NCBI GenBank assembly: GCA_024404145.1
Contig: JAKSQK010000002.1
Coordinates: 168,646 to 232,645, forward strand
Source of the DNA: Clostridia bacterium
GTDB taxonomy: Bacteria > Bacillota > Clostridia > Oscillospirales > Acutalibacteraceae
Length of the DNA: 64,000 nt
Direction of reading: 5' to 3'
The stretch's first letter is position 1. Each line of letters begins with the position of its first letter. The notes beneath the pieces are model-generated. The model ran no database searches, was not told the DNA's origin, and worked only from the letters and a program-made list of their open reading frames with translations. The position numbers and the translations under genes are program-made. Positions 1 to 9,134 of this stretch are shown in pieces.

Positions 1-433
1 TCAGCGCAAAGATAATTCCTATCATCTGACTTACCGTTTTCAGTTTTCCCCATATATTTGCGGCGATGACCTTTCCGCCCGAGGATACAACAACAAGGCG
101 GATAGAGGATATCATAAATTCTCTGAATAATACGATAAATGCGATGGCGGTAACCTGCCATGAAAACAGAGGGCTTGAACCGTAAATCTTTATAAACCCA
201 AGATATGCCGCCGTTGTGAGCATTTTGTCGGCGAGGGGGTCTAAAAACTTTCCGAAATCGGTTACAAGATTATGCTTTCTTGCTAATTTTCCATCGATTA
301 AATCGGTAAGCGAAGCGCCGATAAAAAGCACTAATGCAACAATATAATGAAACGGAAAATCAAAAAGCATACTCGCCATAAAAAAAGGCGTTGCTATTAT
401 TCGGGCAACCGTTAGTTTGTTTGGTGTATTCAT
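1..433 (-). CDS. pgsA: CDP-diacylglycerol--glycerol-3-phosphate 3-phosphatidyltransferase (3' end cut by window edge)
   Basis: Own translation from ATG at 433..431 gives MNTPNKLTVARIIATPFF...DGKLARKHNLVTDFGKFLDPLADK, the CDP-alcohol phosphatidyltransferase motif. ATGA overlap with the rimO stop. Absent from the ORF track because there is no stop inside the window. Confidence 0.85.
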   Translation of the reverse strand, partial: MNTPNKLTVARIIATPFFMASMLFDFPFHYIVALVLFIGASLTDLIDGKLARKHNLVTDFGKFLDPLADKMLTTAAYLGFIKIYGSSPLFSWQVTAIAFIVLFREFMISSIRLVVVSSGGKVIAANIWGKLKTVSQMIGIIFAL

Positions 434-1755
434 AAAACCTGTTCTCCCATCAAATCGTATTCAATAGTATCAAAAATTTCAACTCTGGCAAATTCGCCTA
501 TTTTAAGCGGTTTTTTCGCAATAAAAAATATCTTACCGTCAATTTCGGGGGCATCGGCGGCGCTTCTGCCGAAATAGCATTTTATATAATCATCATAGCC
601 CTCTATTAAAACCTCAACGGTTTTTCCTATCTTTTGCTCGTTCTTTTGGGCAGATACCGTCATCTGGGTTTCCATTATATGCTCCATACGGTCTATTTTT
701 ATCTGCTCATCTATCTGATTTTCCATTTTTTCGGCAACCGTTCCCTCTTCGGCGGAATACGGGAAACAGCCAAGACGGTCGAATTTTACATCTGAAACAA
801 AACTATGAAGTTCTGAAAACTGTTCGTCGGTTTCGCCGGGGAATCCTGTTATGAGGGTTGTTCTGAGCGTTATTCCCTCAACCTTTTGCCGTATCTTTTT
901 TATCAGTTGCAAAAGGGATTCCTTATCGCCTTTTCGGTTCATTCGTTTAAGTATTTCGGAATTGCAATGCTGAATGGGAATATCAAGATATTTAACAAGT
1001 TTTTCTTCTTTGTTTATAAGTTCTAACAGTCGGTCGGTTATTCTTTCGGGGTAGGTATAGAGTGTTCTTATCCAATGAAGGCCCTCTATTTTACAAAGTT
1101 CGCTTAAAAGTTCGCATAACTTCGGCTCACCGTAGATATCGGTGCCGTAGGCGGTTGTATCCTGCGCTACAACAATAAGTTCCTTAACTCCGCTTTCGGC
1201 AAGTTTTTTCGCCTCGTTTACGCAGTCCTCTATCTTACGGCTCCTCATTCTTCCCCTTATTTTCGGAATGGCGCAGTAGGTACAGCAGTTATCGCAACCG
1301 TCGCCTATTTTGAGATACGCCGAATAGGGCGCACCGCCCAAAATCCTCGGAGTATTAAGGTTAAGGTCTTCCTTTTTTCCGAAAGCATTTTCAAATTTTC
1401 CTTCAAGCGCATTTTTAACTATATTCGCTATCTCGCCGTTTTTGCCTATCCCTACGCAAATATCAACCTCGGGGATTTCCTCGGTTACATCATTTTTGTA
1501 CCTCTCGGCAAGACAGCCCGTAACGATAAGTGCCTTGCATTTCCCTTCGGTTTTATACCTGCTCGCTTCAAGAATATTCTCGATGGCTTCCTTTTTTGCC
1601 TCTTCGATAAAACCGCAGGTGTTTATGATTATTACATCGGCTTGTGCCTCGTTTACCGAAAGTTCATACCCTGCTTCTTTGAGCAGATAGAGCATCATTT
1701 CGGCATCAACTTGATTTTTGGGGCACCCGAGCGATACCATACTAACCTTTGCCAT
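430..1755 (-). CDS. rimO: ribosomal protein S12 methylthiotransferase (radical SAM MTTase)
   Basis: N-terminus MAKVSMVSLGCPKNQVDAEMM (UPF0004 domain), radical SAM CDNCCTYC motif, C-terminal TRAM-like domain, 441 aa. Confidence 0.85.
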   Translation of the reverse strand: MAKVSMVSLGCPKNQVDAEMMLYLLKEAGYELSVNEAQADVIIINTCGFIEEAKKEAIENILEASRYKTEGKCKALIVTGCLAERYKNDVTEEIPEVDICVGIGKNGEIANIVKNALEGKFENAFGKKEDLNLNTPRILGGAPYSAYLKIGDGCDNCCTYCAIPKIRGRMRSRKIEDCVNEAKKLAESGVKELIVVAQDTTAYGTDIYGEPKLCELLSELCKIEGLHWIRTLYTYPERITDRLLELINKEEKLVKYLDIPIQHCNSEILKRMNRKGDKESLLQLIKKIRQKVEGITLRTTLITGFPGETDEQFSELHSFVSDVKFDRLGCFPYSAEEGTVAEKMENQIDEQIKIDRMEHIMETQMTVSAQKNEQKIGKTVEVLIEGYDDYIKCYFGRSAADAPEIDGKIFFIAKKPLKIGEFARVEIFDTIEYDLMGEQVL

Positions 1756-1756
1756 T

Positions 1757-2383
1757 TCAGTCCTCGCAATAATAGTTTAATTCTTCCTCATATTCTTTAA
1801 GAACATTTTTTACGCCGCCAAAAGAAAAACCTTTTCTTACAAGAGCGGCATAAACCTTTTTTATGTTTTCTTTATCGCCGATTTTATTCTTATACTTTTT
1901 TTCGATGAGATTTTTAATCTGCGCCTCTTCGTTTTCGGGCAGACCTTCAACCGTTTGCTTCGCCAAATCCCTCGAAATACCCTTTTCGGTCAGTTTATAA
2001 TAAATCTGCCTTTTTGAAATATTGCTTTCAAAAAGTCTTTCGGCATAAATTTCGGCATAGCGGTTATCGTCGAGCAGTCCCAACTCTTTAAGGCGGGAGA
2101 TAACCTTTGCCGAAGAAGTTTTTTTGAATTTTGCCTTTATAAGTTTTTCATAAAGTCCCTTTTCGGTATGCGCTCCCCTGTCAAGATACCAAAGAGCTCT
2201 TGATTTTGCCCTTTCATAATCCGAAATTTCGGCGAGTTCGCTTAATCTTTCGGGGGTTATTTCGCTTCCCTTTTTCAGAAATGCTCCATCGCATACCGTA
2301 AGGTCTAAAAGACAGTCATCTGCCGTATCGAAAGAAAGCCGATAAAGATGACCTTTTTCTCTTTTTTTATCGGTTATTATCAT
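1757..2383 (-). CDS. recX: RecA regulator RecX
   Basis: 208-aa helical-repeat protein immediately downstream of recA, with a 1-nt stop/start overlap. Size and position are typical of RecX. Confidence 0.75.
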   Translation of the reverse strand: MIITDKKREKGHLYRLSFDTADDCLLDLTVCDGAFLKKGSEITPERLSELAEISDYERAKSRALWYLDRGAHTEKGLYEKLIKAKFKKTSSAKVISRLKELGLLDDNRYAEIYAERLFESNISKRQIYYKLTEKGISRDLAKQTVEGLPENEEAQIKNLIEKKYKNKIGDKENIKKVYAALVRKGFSFGGVKNVLKEYEEELNYYCED

Positions 2384-3519
2384 TATTCGTCAACCGCAAT
2401 ATCAATATCGACCTTCTTATGCGGTTTTGCAGGTTCCATATCCGCCGAATCAACGGGGGTTACGGTTTCTTCGGGTTCTTCTTCGATATGATTCATAAGA
2501 TTATTGTATTTTGTCATAATCTTTTCTTCAATTTCGTTTGCAAGTTCCTTATTCTCGGTCAAAAGATTTTTAACATTATCTTTTCCCTGACCTATTCTCT
2601 CCTCGCCGTAATAGAACCATGCGCCCGAGCGTTTAAGAACTTCAAGTTTTAGTCCCATATCAATAAGTTCTCCGACCTTTGATATGCCTTTGCCGTAGAT
2701 AACATCAAATTCGGCTTCCTTAAACGGGGGAGCAACTTTATTCTTTACAACCTTTGCTCTCGTTCTCGTTCCGATAGGTTCGCTGCCGTTTTTGAGAACT
2801 TCGATTTTTCTTATATCAATTCTGACACTCGCATAAAATTTAAGCGCTCTGCCGCCCGTTGTTGTTTCGGGGTTGCCGTATAAAACACCGATTTTTTCAC
2901 GGAGCTGATTTATGAATACGGCGCAGCAGTTTGATTTAGATAAAGCGCCGGTTAACTTTCTCATCGCCTGAGACATAAGACGGGCCAACTGACCGACATG
3001 GCTGTCGCCCATTTCGCCCTCTATCTCCGCCTTTGTTACAAGAGCGGCAACCGAGTCGATAACTATTATATCAATAGCACCCGAGCGCACCAATGCTTCG
3101 GCAATTTCAAGCGCCTGTTCGCCCGAATCCGGCTGGGACACCAAAAGACTGTCGATATCAACGCCGAGCGCTTTCGCATAAACGGGGTCAAGCGCATGTT
3201 CAACATCTATAAAAGCGGCGGTGCCTCCCTCTTTTTGTGCCTCGGCAACGCAGTGAAGCGCAACGGTAGTTTTACCCGAGGATTCGGGGCCGTATATCTC
3301 AACAATTCTTCCCTTCGGAATACCGCCGATTCCGAGCGCCATATCGAGTGATAAAGAGCCCGTACTTATATGCTCAACATTCATCGAGGCATTTTCGCCG
3401 AGGCGCATAACGGCACCCTTGCCGTACTGCCTTTCGATTTGTTCAACGGCGGTTGCAAGTGCTTTTGCCTTTCCATCGCCGCCTTCGGTTGCAACTGTTT
3501 TTGCTTTCTTTTCAGCCAT
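2383..3519 (-). CDS. recA: recombinase RecA
   Basis: Walker [10 protein letters not shown] and an [12 protein letters not shown]-type RecA core. Start placed at the second ATG (3519) because GGAGGAAACAAAA precedes it. The ORF-track start at 3534 lies inside that RBS. Confidence 0.95.
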   Translation of the reverse strand: MAEKKAKTVATEGGDGKAKALATAVEQIERQYGKGAVMRLGENASMNVEHISTGSLSLDMALGIGGIPKGRIVEIYGPESSGKTTVALHCVAEAQKEGGTAAFIDVEHALDPVYAKALGVDIDSLLVSQPDSGEQALEIAEALVRSGAIDIIVIDSVAALVTKAEIEGEMGDSHVGQLARLMSQAMRKLTGALSKSNCCAVFINQLREKIGVLYGNPETTTGGRALKFYASVRIDIRKIEVLKNGSEPIGTRTRAKVVKNKVAPPFKEAEFDVIYGKGISKVGELIDMGLKLEVLKRSGAWFYYGEERIGQGKDNVKNLLTENKELANEIEEKIMTKYNNLMNHIEEEPEETVTPVDSADMEPAKPHKKVDIDIAVDE

Positions 3520-3578
3520 TTTTGTTTCCTCCATACAACTTTTATTTAATATAGGGGATTTCCCTTCGTATATTTTAT

Positions 3579-4418
3579 TTAATCTACTGTCCCGAAAACA
3601 ACTCTGTCATTTTCGCAGTAGTCCTTTTTAACGGTAATATTTTTATATCCTACGGTTTGAAGAATTTGCTTTACGGAATCGCCCTGCTTTGCGCCTATCT
3701 CAAAAACAAGCGTTCCGCCTTTTTTCAAGCTTTCCTTATAGTTTAAGGCGATGGCTCTGAAAAACATCAGCCCGTCATCACCGCCGTAAAGCGCCGTTTT
3801 CGGCTCATATTCAACCTCGGCTTGAAGATTTAACATTTCCTCCTCGGTAACATACGGGGGGTTGCTTACGATAAGGTCATATTTTTTATCACCGCCGCAG
3901 GTTTCAAAAATATCGCCCATTAAAAGTTTTGCGCCATCTTCGGCAAGTTTAAGATTATCCTTTATATATTTTGCCGCTTCCTCGTACTTTTCAACAAGCA
4001 AAACAGAACTGTCTGGCCTTTCACAGGCAACCGTTATACCGATACAGCCCGTTCCGGCGCAAAGGTCTAAAACCTGAGGATTATCCTTATCTTTTATGGC
4101 TTCGAGAACAACCTCCATAACCGTTTCGGTATCCTGCCTCGGAATTAAAACACCGGGGCCTACTTTGAATTCCCTGCCGTAAAAACTCCAACGCCCCAAG
4201 ATATATTGAAGCGGATATCTGTTAATTCGCTGTTTCATTATAGCCGAAAGATTACTCTCCTCAAACGAAGTGAGTTCTTTTTGGTAATTTGAAAGAATGC
4301 CCTCGTTTGAAAGCCCCGTAACATATTTTATTATCTGCTTTGCTTCAAAGATATCTTCGTCAATACCGGCATTTTTCAGTTGTCGTTTTATGTCATTATA
4401 TGCGCTGAAAATCGTCAT
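3579..4418 (-). CDS. prmC: peptide chain release factor N5-glutamine methyltransferase
   Basis: SAM-binding [10 protein letters not shown] and catalytic NPPY (VSNPPYV) motifs, 279 aa. Confidence 0.9.
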   Translation of the reverse strand: MTIFSAYNDIKRQLKNAGIDEDIFEAKQIIKYVTGLSNEGILSNYQKELTSFEESNLSAIMKQRINRYPLQYILGRWSFYGREFKVGPGVLIPRQDTETVMEVVLEAIKDKDNPQVLDLCAGTGCIGITVACERPDSSVLLVEKYEEAAKYIKDNLKLAEDGAKLLMGDIFETCGGDKKYDLIVSNPPYVTEEEMLNLQAEVEYEPKTALYGGDDGLMFFRAIALNYKESLKKGGTLVFEIGAKQGDSVKQILQTVGYKNITVKKDYCENDRVVFGTVD

Positions 4419-4419
4419 T

Positions 4420-5400
4420 TTATATTTCTTCTTTACTATTTTCGTTATCTATACTGCGGTCAACATCGGGCGTTTCGGGTTCACACGCCCTCAGCGCCGC
4501 TATGGCTATCTCTATCATATCGTCTTCGGGTTCTTTTGTTGTTATCCTCTGCATAAGAAGTCCCGGTGCCGAGATAATTTTAGTAATAACATTATCATAC
4601 TTTCCGCAAATTCTCAAAATCTCAAAACCCGCTCCGCAAATAATCGGAATTAAAAGGATTTTAACAACAACCCATAATAAACCGATTTCATATACTCCGG
4701 GGAAAATCATCTGAACGGCGGTTGAGAAAATAATGCTTACGAAAATCATTAAAATCAGGAAAGAGGTTCCGCAACGGGGATGAAATCTGCTCTGCTTTTT
4801 GACATTTTCAACCGTCAGCGGCAAACCCTTTTCGTAACAAAAAATTGTTTTATGTTCCGAGCCGTGATACATAAAAACCCTTTTCATATCTTTTTCGAAA
4901 GATACTATCCACATATAGAGTATGAAAACGGCAAGTTTTATAAACTGCTCTATTCCCGAGCGGGCGATTTTTGAAAACTTAATATCGGCAAGTTTTTCAA
5001 GTCCGCCTACGGCAAGGCGGGGAAGATACATAAAGAGCGCAACCGCCAAAATAACACCCAGCACGGTGCCGACAGCCGTTATAACGCCGAAAAAAACATT
5101 TTTCTGCTTTTCGGTCATTTTCTTTTCGTCTTCTTCCGCTTCAACATCGGCAAAACCCGAAATTTCAGCCGATTTAAGCATTGCCTTATAGCCGATTTTC
5201 ATAGATTCTATATAGGCGGCAATACCTCTTATAAGCGGTATTCTTAAAATTTTATATTTTTCACGGAGTGATTTTTCGCCCAAATAGGAAATATCTATCG
5301 TTTTATCGGGTTTTCTTACTGCCATTGCAGTTTTTTCGGGGCTTTTCATCATTATACCCTCGATAAGTGCTTGTCCGCCTATTGCGGTATATTTTGCCAT
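4420..5400 (-). CDS. DUF1385 (YqhQ-like) membrane protein
   Basis: N-terminus IGGQALIEGIMMKSP and a multi-TM body. Sits in the conserved position directly upstream of prmC. Confidence 0.7.
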   Translation of the reverse strand: MAKYTAIGGQALIEGIMMKSPEKTAMAVRKPDKTIDISYLGEKSLREKYKILRIPLIRGIAAYIESMKIGYKAMLKSAEISGFADVEAEEDEKKMTEKQKNVFFGVITAVGTVLGVILAVALFMYLPRLAVGGLEKLADIKFSKIARSGIEQFIKLAVFILYMWIVSFEKDMKRVFMYHGSEHKTIFCYEKGLPLTVENVKKQSRFHPRCGTSFLILMIFVSIIFSTAVQMIFPGVYEIGLLWVVVKILLIPIICGAGFEILRICGKYDNVITKIISAPGLLMQRITTKEPEDDMIEIAIAALRACEPETPDVDRSIDNENSKEEI

Positions 5401-6938
5401 CAGTTTTCTTCCTTTTCTATAATGAATGATGATGTTTCGGTTCCGTTTGGCATAAGAATATCAACATCTTTTGAGATTTGGTCTTCTTTTGCCAAAATAA
5501 CCTCTTCGGTTTCGGTCGGTTTTGCTTCCTCGGGTTCTTCATAAAGCGGAAGAACTATCGTAACCGTTGTTCCTACTCCCTCGGTGCTTTCGAGGAAAAG
5601 CAAACCGTTATGCTGTTTCATAATTTCATCGGCAACGGCAAGACCTATTCCGCTTCCCCTTACCGTTTTATTTGATTTGAAAAATTTTTCCTTAACTCTG
5701 TCGATATCGGCAGCGGGAATACCAACGCCCGTATCCTTTACAACTATTTTAACGCAGCCCTCTTCTCTCGTTTCGGTAACAAGAACAAGACCGCCCTTTT
5801 CGGTGTATTTTACGGCGTTATCAATAATGTTTATAAATACCTGTTTCAGACGGTCGGGGTCGCCGAAAACAAAACTTTTTTGTTTTGCACTTGCCAGTGA
5901 AAGTTCAACACCCTGCTGTCTGCCGAGTTCGGCATACATATCGGTAGCAACTATCAACAGAGCGGAGATATCTATCGGCTTCATATTAAGCGAAAGATTT
6001 CCTGACTGCATTCTCGAAAAATCAAGCAGGTCTTCAACAAGGTTTGAAAGGCGGTCGGCCTCGCTTAAAACGACATCAAGGCCCCTGCCTACAAGTTCCG
6101 TATCGGTTCCGAGCGACATCTTTGCGGTTTCTCCCCAACCCTTTATCGCCGTCAGCGGAGTTCGAAGCTCATGGGATACAGAAGAAATAAAATCGTTTTT
6201 CATTTTCTCGGCTTCGCTTAACTCATTGGCCATTGAATTTATCGTATCGCAAAGTTCGCCGATTTCATCGTTTTGCTCGGTTTCAATTCTTGTTTCAAAA
6301 TTGCCCATCGCAATTTTTCTCGCCATATTGCTGACATCTCTTATCGGTTTTACTATTGATTTAATGAAAAATCTGCCCGAAATTATAGTTATGAGCATTA
6401 CAAGAACGGCAAATAAGAAAATAATAAGTGTTGAAACATAAATCTGATTATATGTTTGTTTGAGAGAAGTTACCCAGCGATATGCTCCGACAAAGTTTCC
6501 GCCCGAATCGAAAACGGCATTTGTTACGGCAAAAATGCGTTCGCCGCCGCCGTTTTTTCCGTTATATGTTCCGATACATTCTTCCGAAGTTTTGGCTTTT
6601 TCATAATCGGGCATTTTATCTTTTTCGGGGATAAATCCCGTTGTTGAGAGAACCATATCGCCCTTATAATCGAAAACCTGAACCTCGATTTTATCCTTTT
6701 GGGCAAATGTATCCGAAATATCAAGCGCAACATCGGCAAAATTTTCTTTATCAACCGTTGACAAAACCGAAAACTCATAAGCATAGTCGTTTCCGAGGGC
6801 TTTAACCCTCTCCAAATAATATGCCGAAAGGAAAGCCGAAACCGAAATGGCAACAAGCGCAACGATTACCATAATGATTAAAAAAACATTGGCAAACCAT
6901 CGCTTTGATATGCTTTTGAATTTAATTTCAAAATCCAC
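5400..6938 (-). CDS. sensor histidine kinase (TM-sensor-TM, HAMP, HisKA, HATPase)
   Basis: H-box SHELRTPLTAI plus N/G boxes (NAVKYT, DTGVGIP, GSGIGLAV). Start chosen at the GTG preceded by GGAGGAAAGGAAA. The ORF-track start (TTG 6968) has no RBS. Confidence 0.85.
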   Translation of the reverse strand: MDFEIKFKSISKRWFANVFLIIMVIVALVAISVSAFLSAYYLERVKALGNDYAYEFSVLSTVDKENFADVALDISDTFAQKDKIEVQVFDYKGDMVLSTTGFIPEKDKMPDYEKAKTSEECIGTYNGKNGGGERIFAVTNAVFDSGGNFVGAYRWVTSLKQTYNQIYVSTLIIFLFAVLVMLITIISGRFFIKSIVKPIRDVSNMARKIAMGNFETRIETEQNDEIGELCDTINSMANELSEAEKMKNDFISSVSHELRTPLTAIKGWGETAKMSLGTDTELVGRGLDVVLSEADRLSNLVEDLLDFSRMQSGNLSLNMKPIDISALLIVATDMYAELGRQQGVELSLASAKQKSFVFGDPDRLKQVFINIIDNAVKYTEKGGLVLVTETREEGCVKIVVKDTGVGIPAADIDRVKEKFFKSNKTVRGSGIGLAVADEIMKQHNGLLFLESTEGVGTTVTIVLPLYEEPEEAKPTETEEVILAKEDQISKDVDILMPNGTETSSFIIEKEEN

Positions 6939-6980
6939 TTTCCTTTCCTCCCTTCGGCTGTTTTGCAATTTGCTTAATTT

Positions 6981-7679
6981 TTATGTGTTCCACTTATAAC
7001 CCATTCCCCAAACGGTAACAAGATGTTTGGGAACGGAAGGGTCTTCCTCTATTTTCATTCTGAGGCGCCTTATGTTTACATCGACAATTTTTTCTTCGCC
7101 GTAATAACTTTCGCCCCATACTTCCTTTAAGATTTCATCTCGCATAAGGGCTTCGTCATGATGATTAAAAAAGTATTCTATCATCTGAAATTCAACCTGA
7201 GTAAGTTCTATATTTTTACCGCTTTTTGTGAGCGTTCTTCTCCGAAGGTCCAAAACAAACTCGCCGCATACCAAACGGTTTGCATCTTCTCTCGGTTTTT
7301 CTTTTTGCACGGTTACTCTTCTGTAAAGAGAGTCAACCCTTGCCAAAAGTTCCGCCGGAGAAAACGGCTTTGTAACATAATCGTCGGCACCCGTCATAAG
7401 ACCGCTAATCTTATCCATTTCCTGAGATTTTGCGGTAAGCATTATTATACCTATCGAATTATTTGTTTTCCTTATTTCTTTGCAAACTTCAATACCGCTT
7501 ATGCCCGGCATCATAATATCAAGAAGGGCAATATCAAAACCGATGACATCGCTTTTAAGTATTTCAAGGGCAGTTTCGCCGCAATCGGCTTCAACCGTTT
7601 CATATCCCGCCCTTTGAAGATTTATGGCTTCAAATTCTCTTATGGGCGTTTCGTCTTCAACTATAAGTATTCTTTTCAT
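6981..7679 (-). CDS. OmpR/PhoB-family response regulator
   Basis: Receiver domain (ILIVEDE ... LLDIMMPG ... KP) with a winged-helix C-terminus (RRLRMKIE ... VWGMGYKW). Confidence 0.9.
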   Translation of the reverse strand: MKRILIVEDETPIREFEAINLQRAGYETVEADCGETALEILKSDVIGFDIALLDIMMPGISGIEVCKEIRKTNNSIGIIMLTAKSQEMDKISGLMTGADDYVTKPFSPAELLARVDSLYRRVTVQKEKPREDANRLVCGEFVLDLRRRTLTKSGKNIELTQVEFQMIEYFFNHHDEALMRDEILKEVWGESYYGEEKIVDVNIRRLRMKIEEDPSVPKHLVTVWGMGYKWNT

Positions 7680-7693
7680 CTTTGTTACCCTTT

Positions 7694-9007
7694 CTAAAAA
7701 TTGGTAAAGTTTACTATGTTCTCTAATTCTTCGCCTGTTAGTTTTGTCTTGCCTTTTAGGTGCGCTTCGCAGATTACAACCGTGTTATCCTTGGAAAAAA
7801 TCTTTAAGTTTTCGCTTTCCTTGATTTTTTCTTGATCGAACTCCTGCTTTTCAAAGGCGGTTAAGGTTAGAATTTTTTCTCCCGTTATGCCTTTTGCGCT
7901 GTCGTATTTATAAATTGTTCTCGTTCTTTTCTCTATGTTTCTCGAAACGGCGATTTTGCCGATAAACCTTGTCGGAATGTTAAGACTGTATCCGTCGGCG
8001 GTGTTTTCAACCGAAACGAGTTTTACCGTTAGTCTTTCTCCGTTATATGAGCACCAGTTGGTATAGAAAATCCGCTCGGACGAATCGGCATCGGCGCAGG
8101 GTATATCCGAAGCTATCGGTATTTCGATGACTCCGTCGCCGTTGACATCGGCACAGGATATGGTGGAAGACCTAACCGTTCTTGTGTTTTCGGCGGAATT
8201 TTCTGTATCAAGAAGCGGATTTACAAGTTCATTTTTTTTGAAAAACAAAACTTCCGTTACGGCGCCTATACCTTTTATTTCGTCGATATAAACGGCGGGT
8301 TTTCCGTTTGAAAGGGTTGAAAGTTTGAACCTTTCTGCCGATTTCACCTTGCTGTCTAAAAGACAGTCGGCTATCCTCGACAACCCCTTGTCCGAAAAGG
8401 AATATACACCTGCTTTATTCTCGCCTTTTTTTGAATTTAATTGCTGAATTAAAACTTCGGGTTTTTTATCCTCGTTCAAATCGTAGCAAAGGTAGTTCGT
8501 ATAGTTTTCGGTTGTCCGCTCGGAAAGGGTATTATCGGCAAACGAATAAACCGAAAGATGCTTTTCGCTGTCGGCATATATTTCCCAGCCGACTATTATT
8601 TCCTTTTGCCCGTCGCCGTTAAGGTCAACAAAATCCACCCGTTCAACTCCCGAGGCGGTAACCGAAACATCGTCAACCGACTTATAGCCACTTTTGTTTT
8701 TAACTATAATGTTTATATGGAGAAATTTTTGCTCGGCATCGGAATTACCGTAAAAAACGATGGCTTCTTTTTCGCCGTCGCCGTCAAGGTCATCAAGCGT
8801 AACGGCGCTTTTTATATCCCCGACCGACGGGTATTCAAAGGTGTATTCGCCGTCAATACTATCGGCGAGTGCATCTTGAACGGGCTTTAATTCGCCCGTA
8901 AGTTCGGGAGGAGATAAAAGATTTTCGGTATCAAAAACAAAAATTTTGCAGCCCGTAAGACTTAGGCATAAAACAGCGCAAAACATAAAACAAAAAAGCC
9001 GTTTCAA
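7694..9007 (-). CDS. lipoprotein with FG-GAP/VCBS-like Ca-binding repeats
   Basis: TTG start at 9007 sits 5 nt after AAGGAGGAG and gives MKRLFCFMFCAVLCLSLTGC (lipobox LTGC). Repeated DxDGDGxxE motifs are present: DLDGDGEKE, DLNGDGQKE, DVNGDGVIE. The ORF-track start at 9145 is an upstream over-extension. Confidence 0.7.
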   Translation of the reverse strand: MKRLFCFMFCAVLCLSLTGCKIFVFDTENLLSPPELTGELKPVQDALADSIDGEYTFEYPSVGDIKSAVTLDDLDGDGEKEAIVFYGNSDAEQKFLHINIIVKNKSGYKSVDDVSVTASGVERVDFVDLNGDGQKEIIVGWEIYADSEKHLSVYSFADNTLSERTTENYTNYLCYDLNEDKKPEVLIQQLNSKKGENKAGVYSFSDKGLSRIADCLLDSKVKSAERFKLSTLSNGKPAVYIDEIKGIGAVTEVLFFKKNELVNPLLDTENSAENTRTVRSSTISCADVNGDGVIEIPIASDIPCADADSSERIFYTNWCSYNGERLTVKLVSVENTADGYSLNIPTRFIGKIAVSRNIEKRTRTIYKYDSAKGITGEKILTLTAFEKQEFDQEKIKESENLKIFSKDNTVVICEAHLKGKTKLTGEELENIVNFTNF

Positions 9008-9102
9008 GCAAACTCCTCCTTTATAGTCTATATTCTTATTTAGTATAACATAAACATCAAAAAAATAAAAGACTTTTTTAATAATATATAATATATATAA
9101 AT

Positions 9103-9129
9103 AGGGCGGGAACATTTTGTTCCCGCCCT
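9103..9129. terminator. rho-independent terminator hairpin after the U32 gene
   Basis: AGGGCGGGAAC-attt-(t)GTTCCCGCCCT, with T/A-rich runs on both sides. Lies 6 nt downstream of the U32 stop. Confidence 0.7.
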
Positions 9130-9134
9130 GCTTT

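Noticed and set aside
5584-6441. 285-aa plus-strand ORF antisense to the histidine kinase gene
   Set aside because: It has a low-complexity S/P/T/F-rich translation and no RBS. It is fully embedded opposite a CDS with clear motifs, so it is a typical shadow ORF. The same applies to 2998..3351, 14633..15033, 20869..21144, 32696..33345, 47679..48098, 50830..51237 and other listed antisense ORFs.
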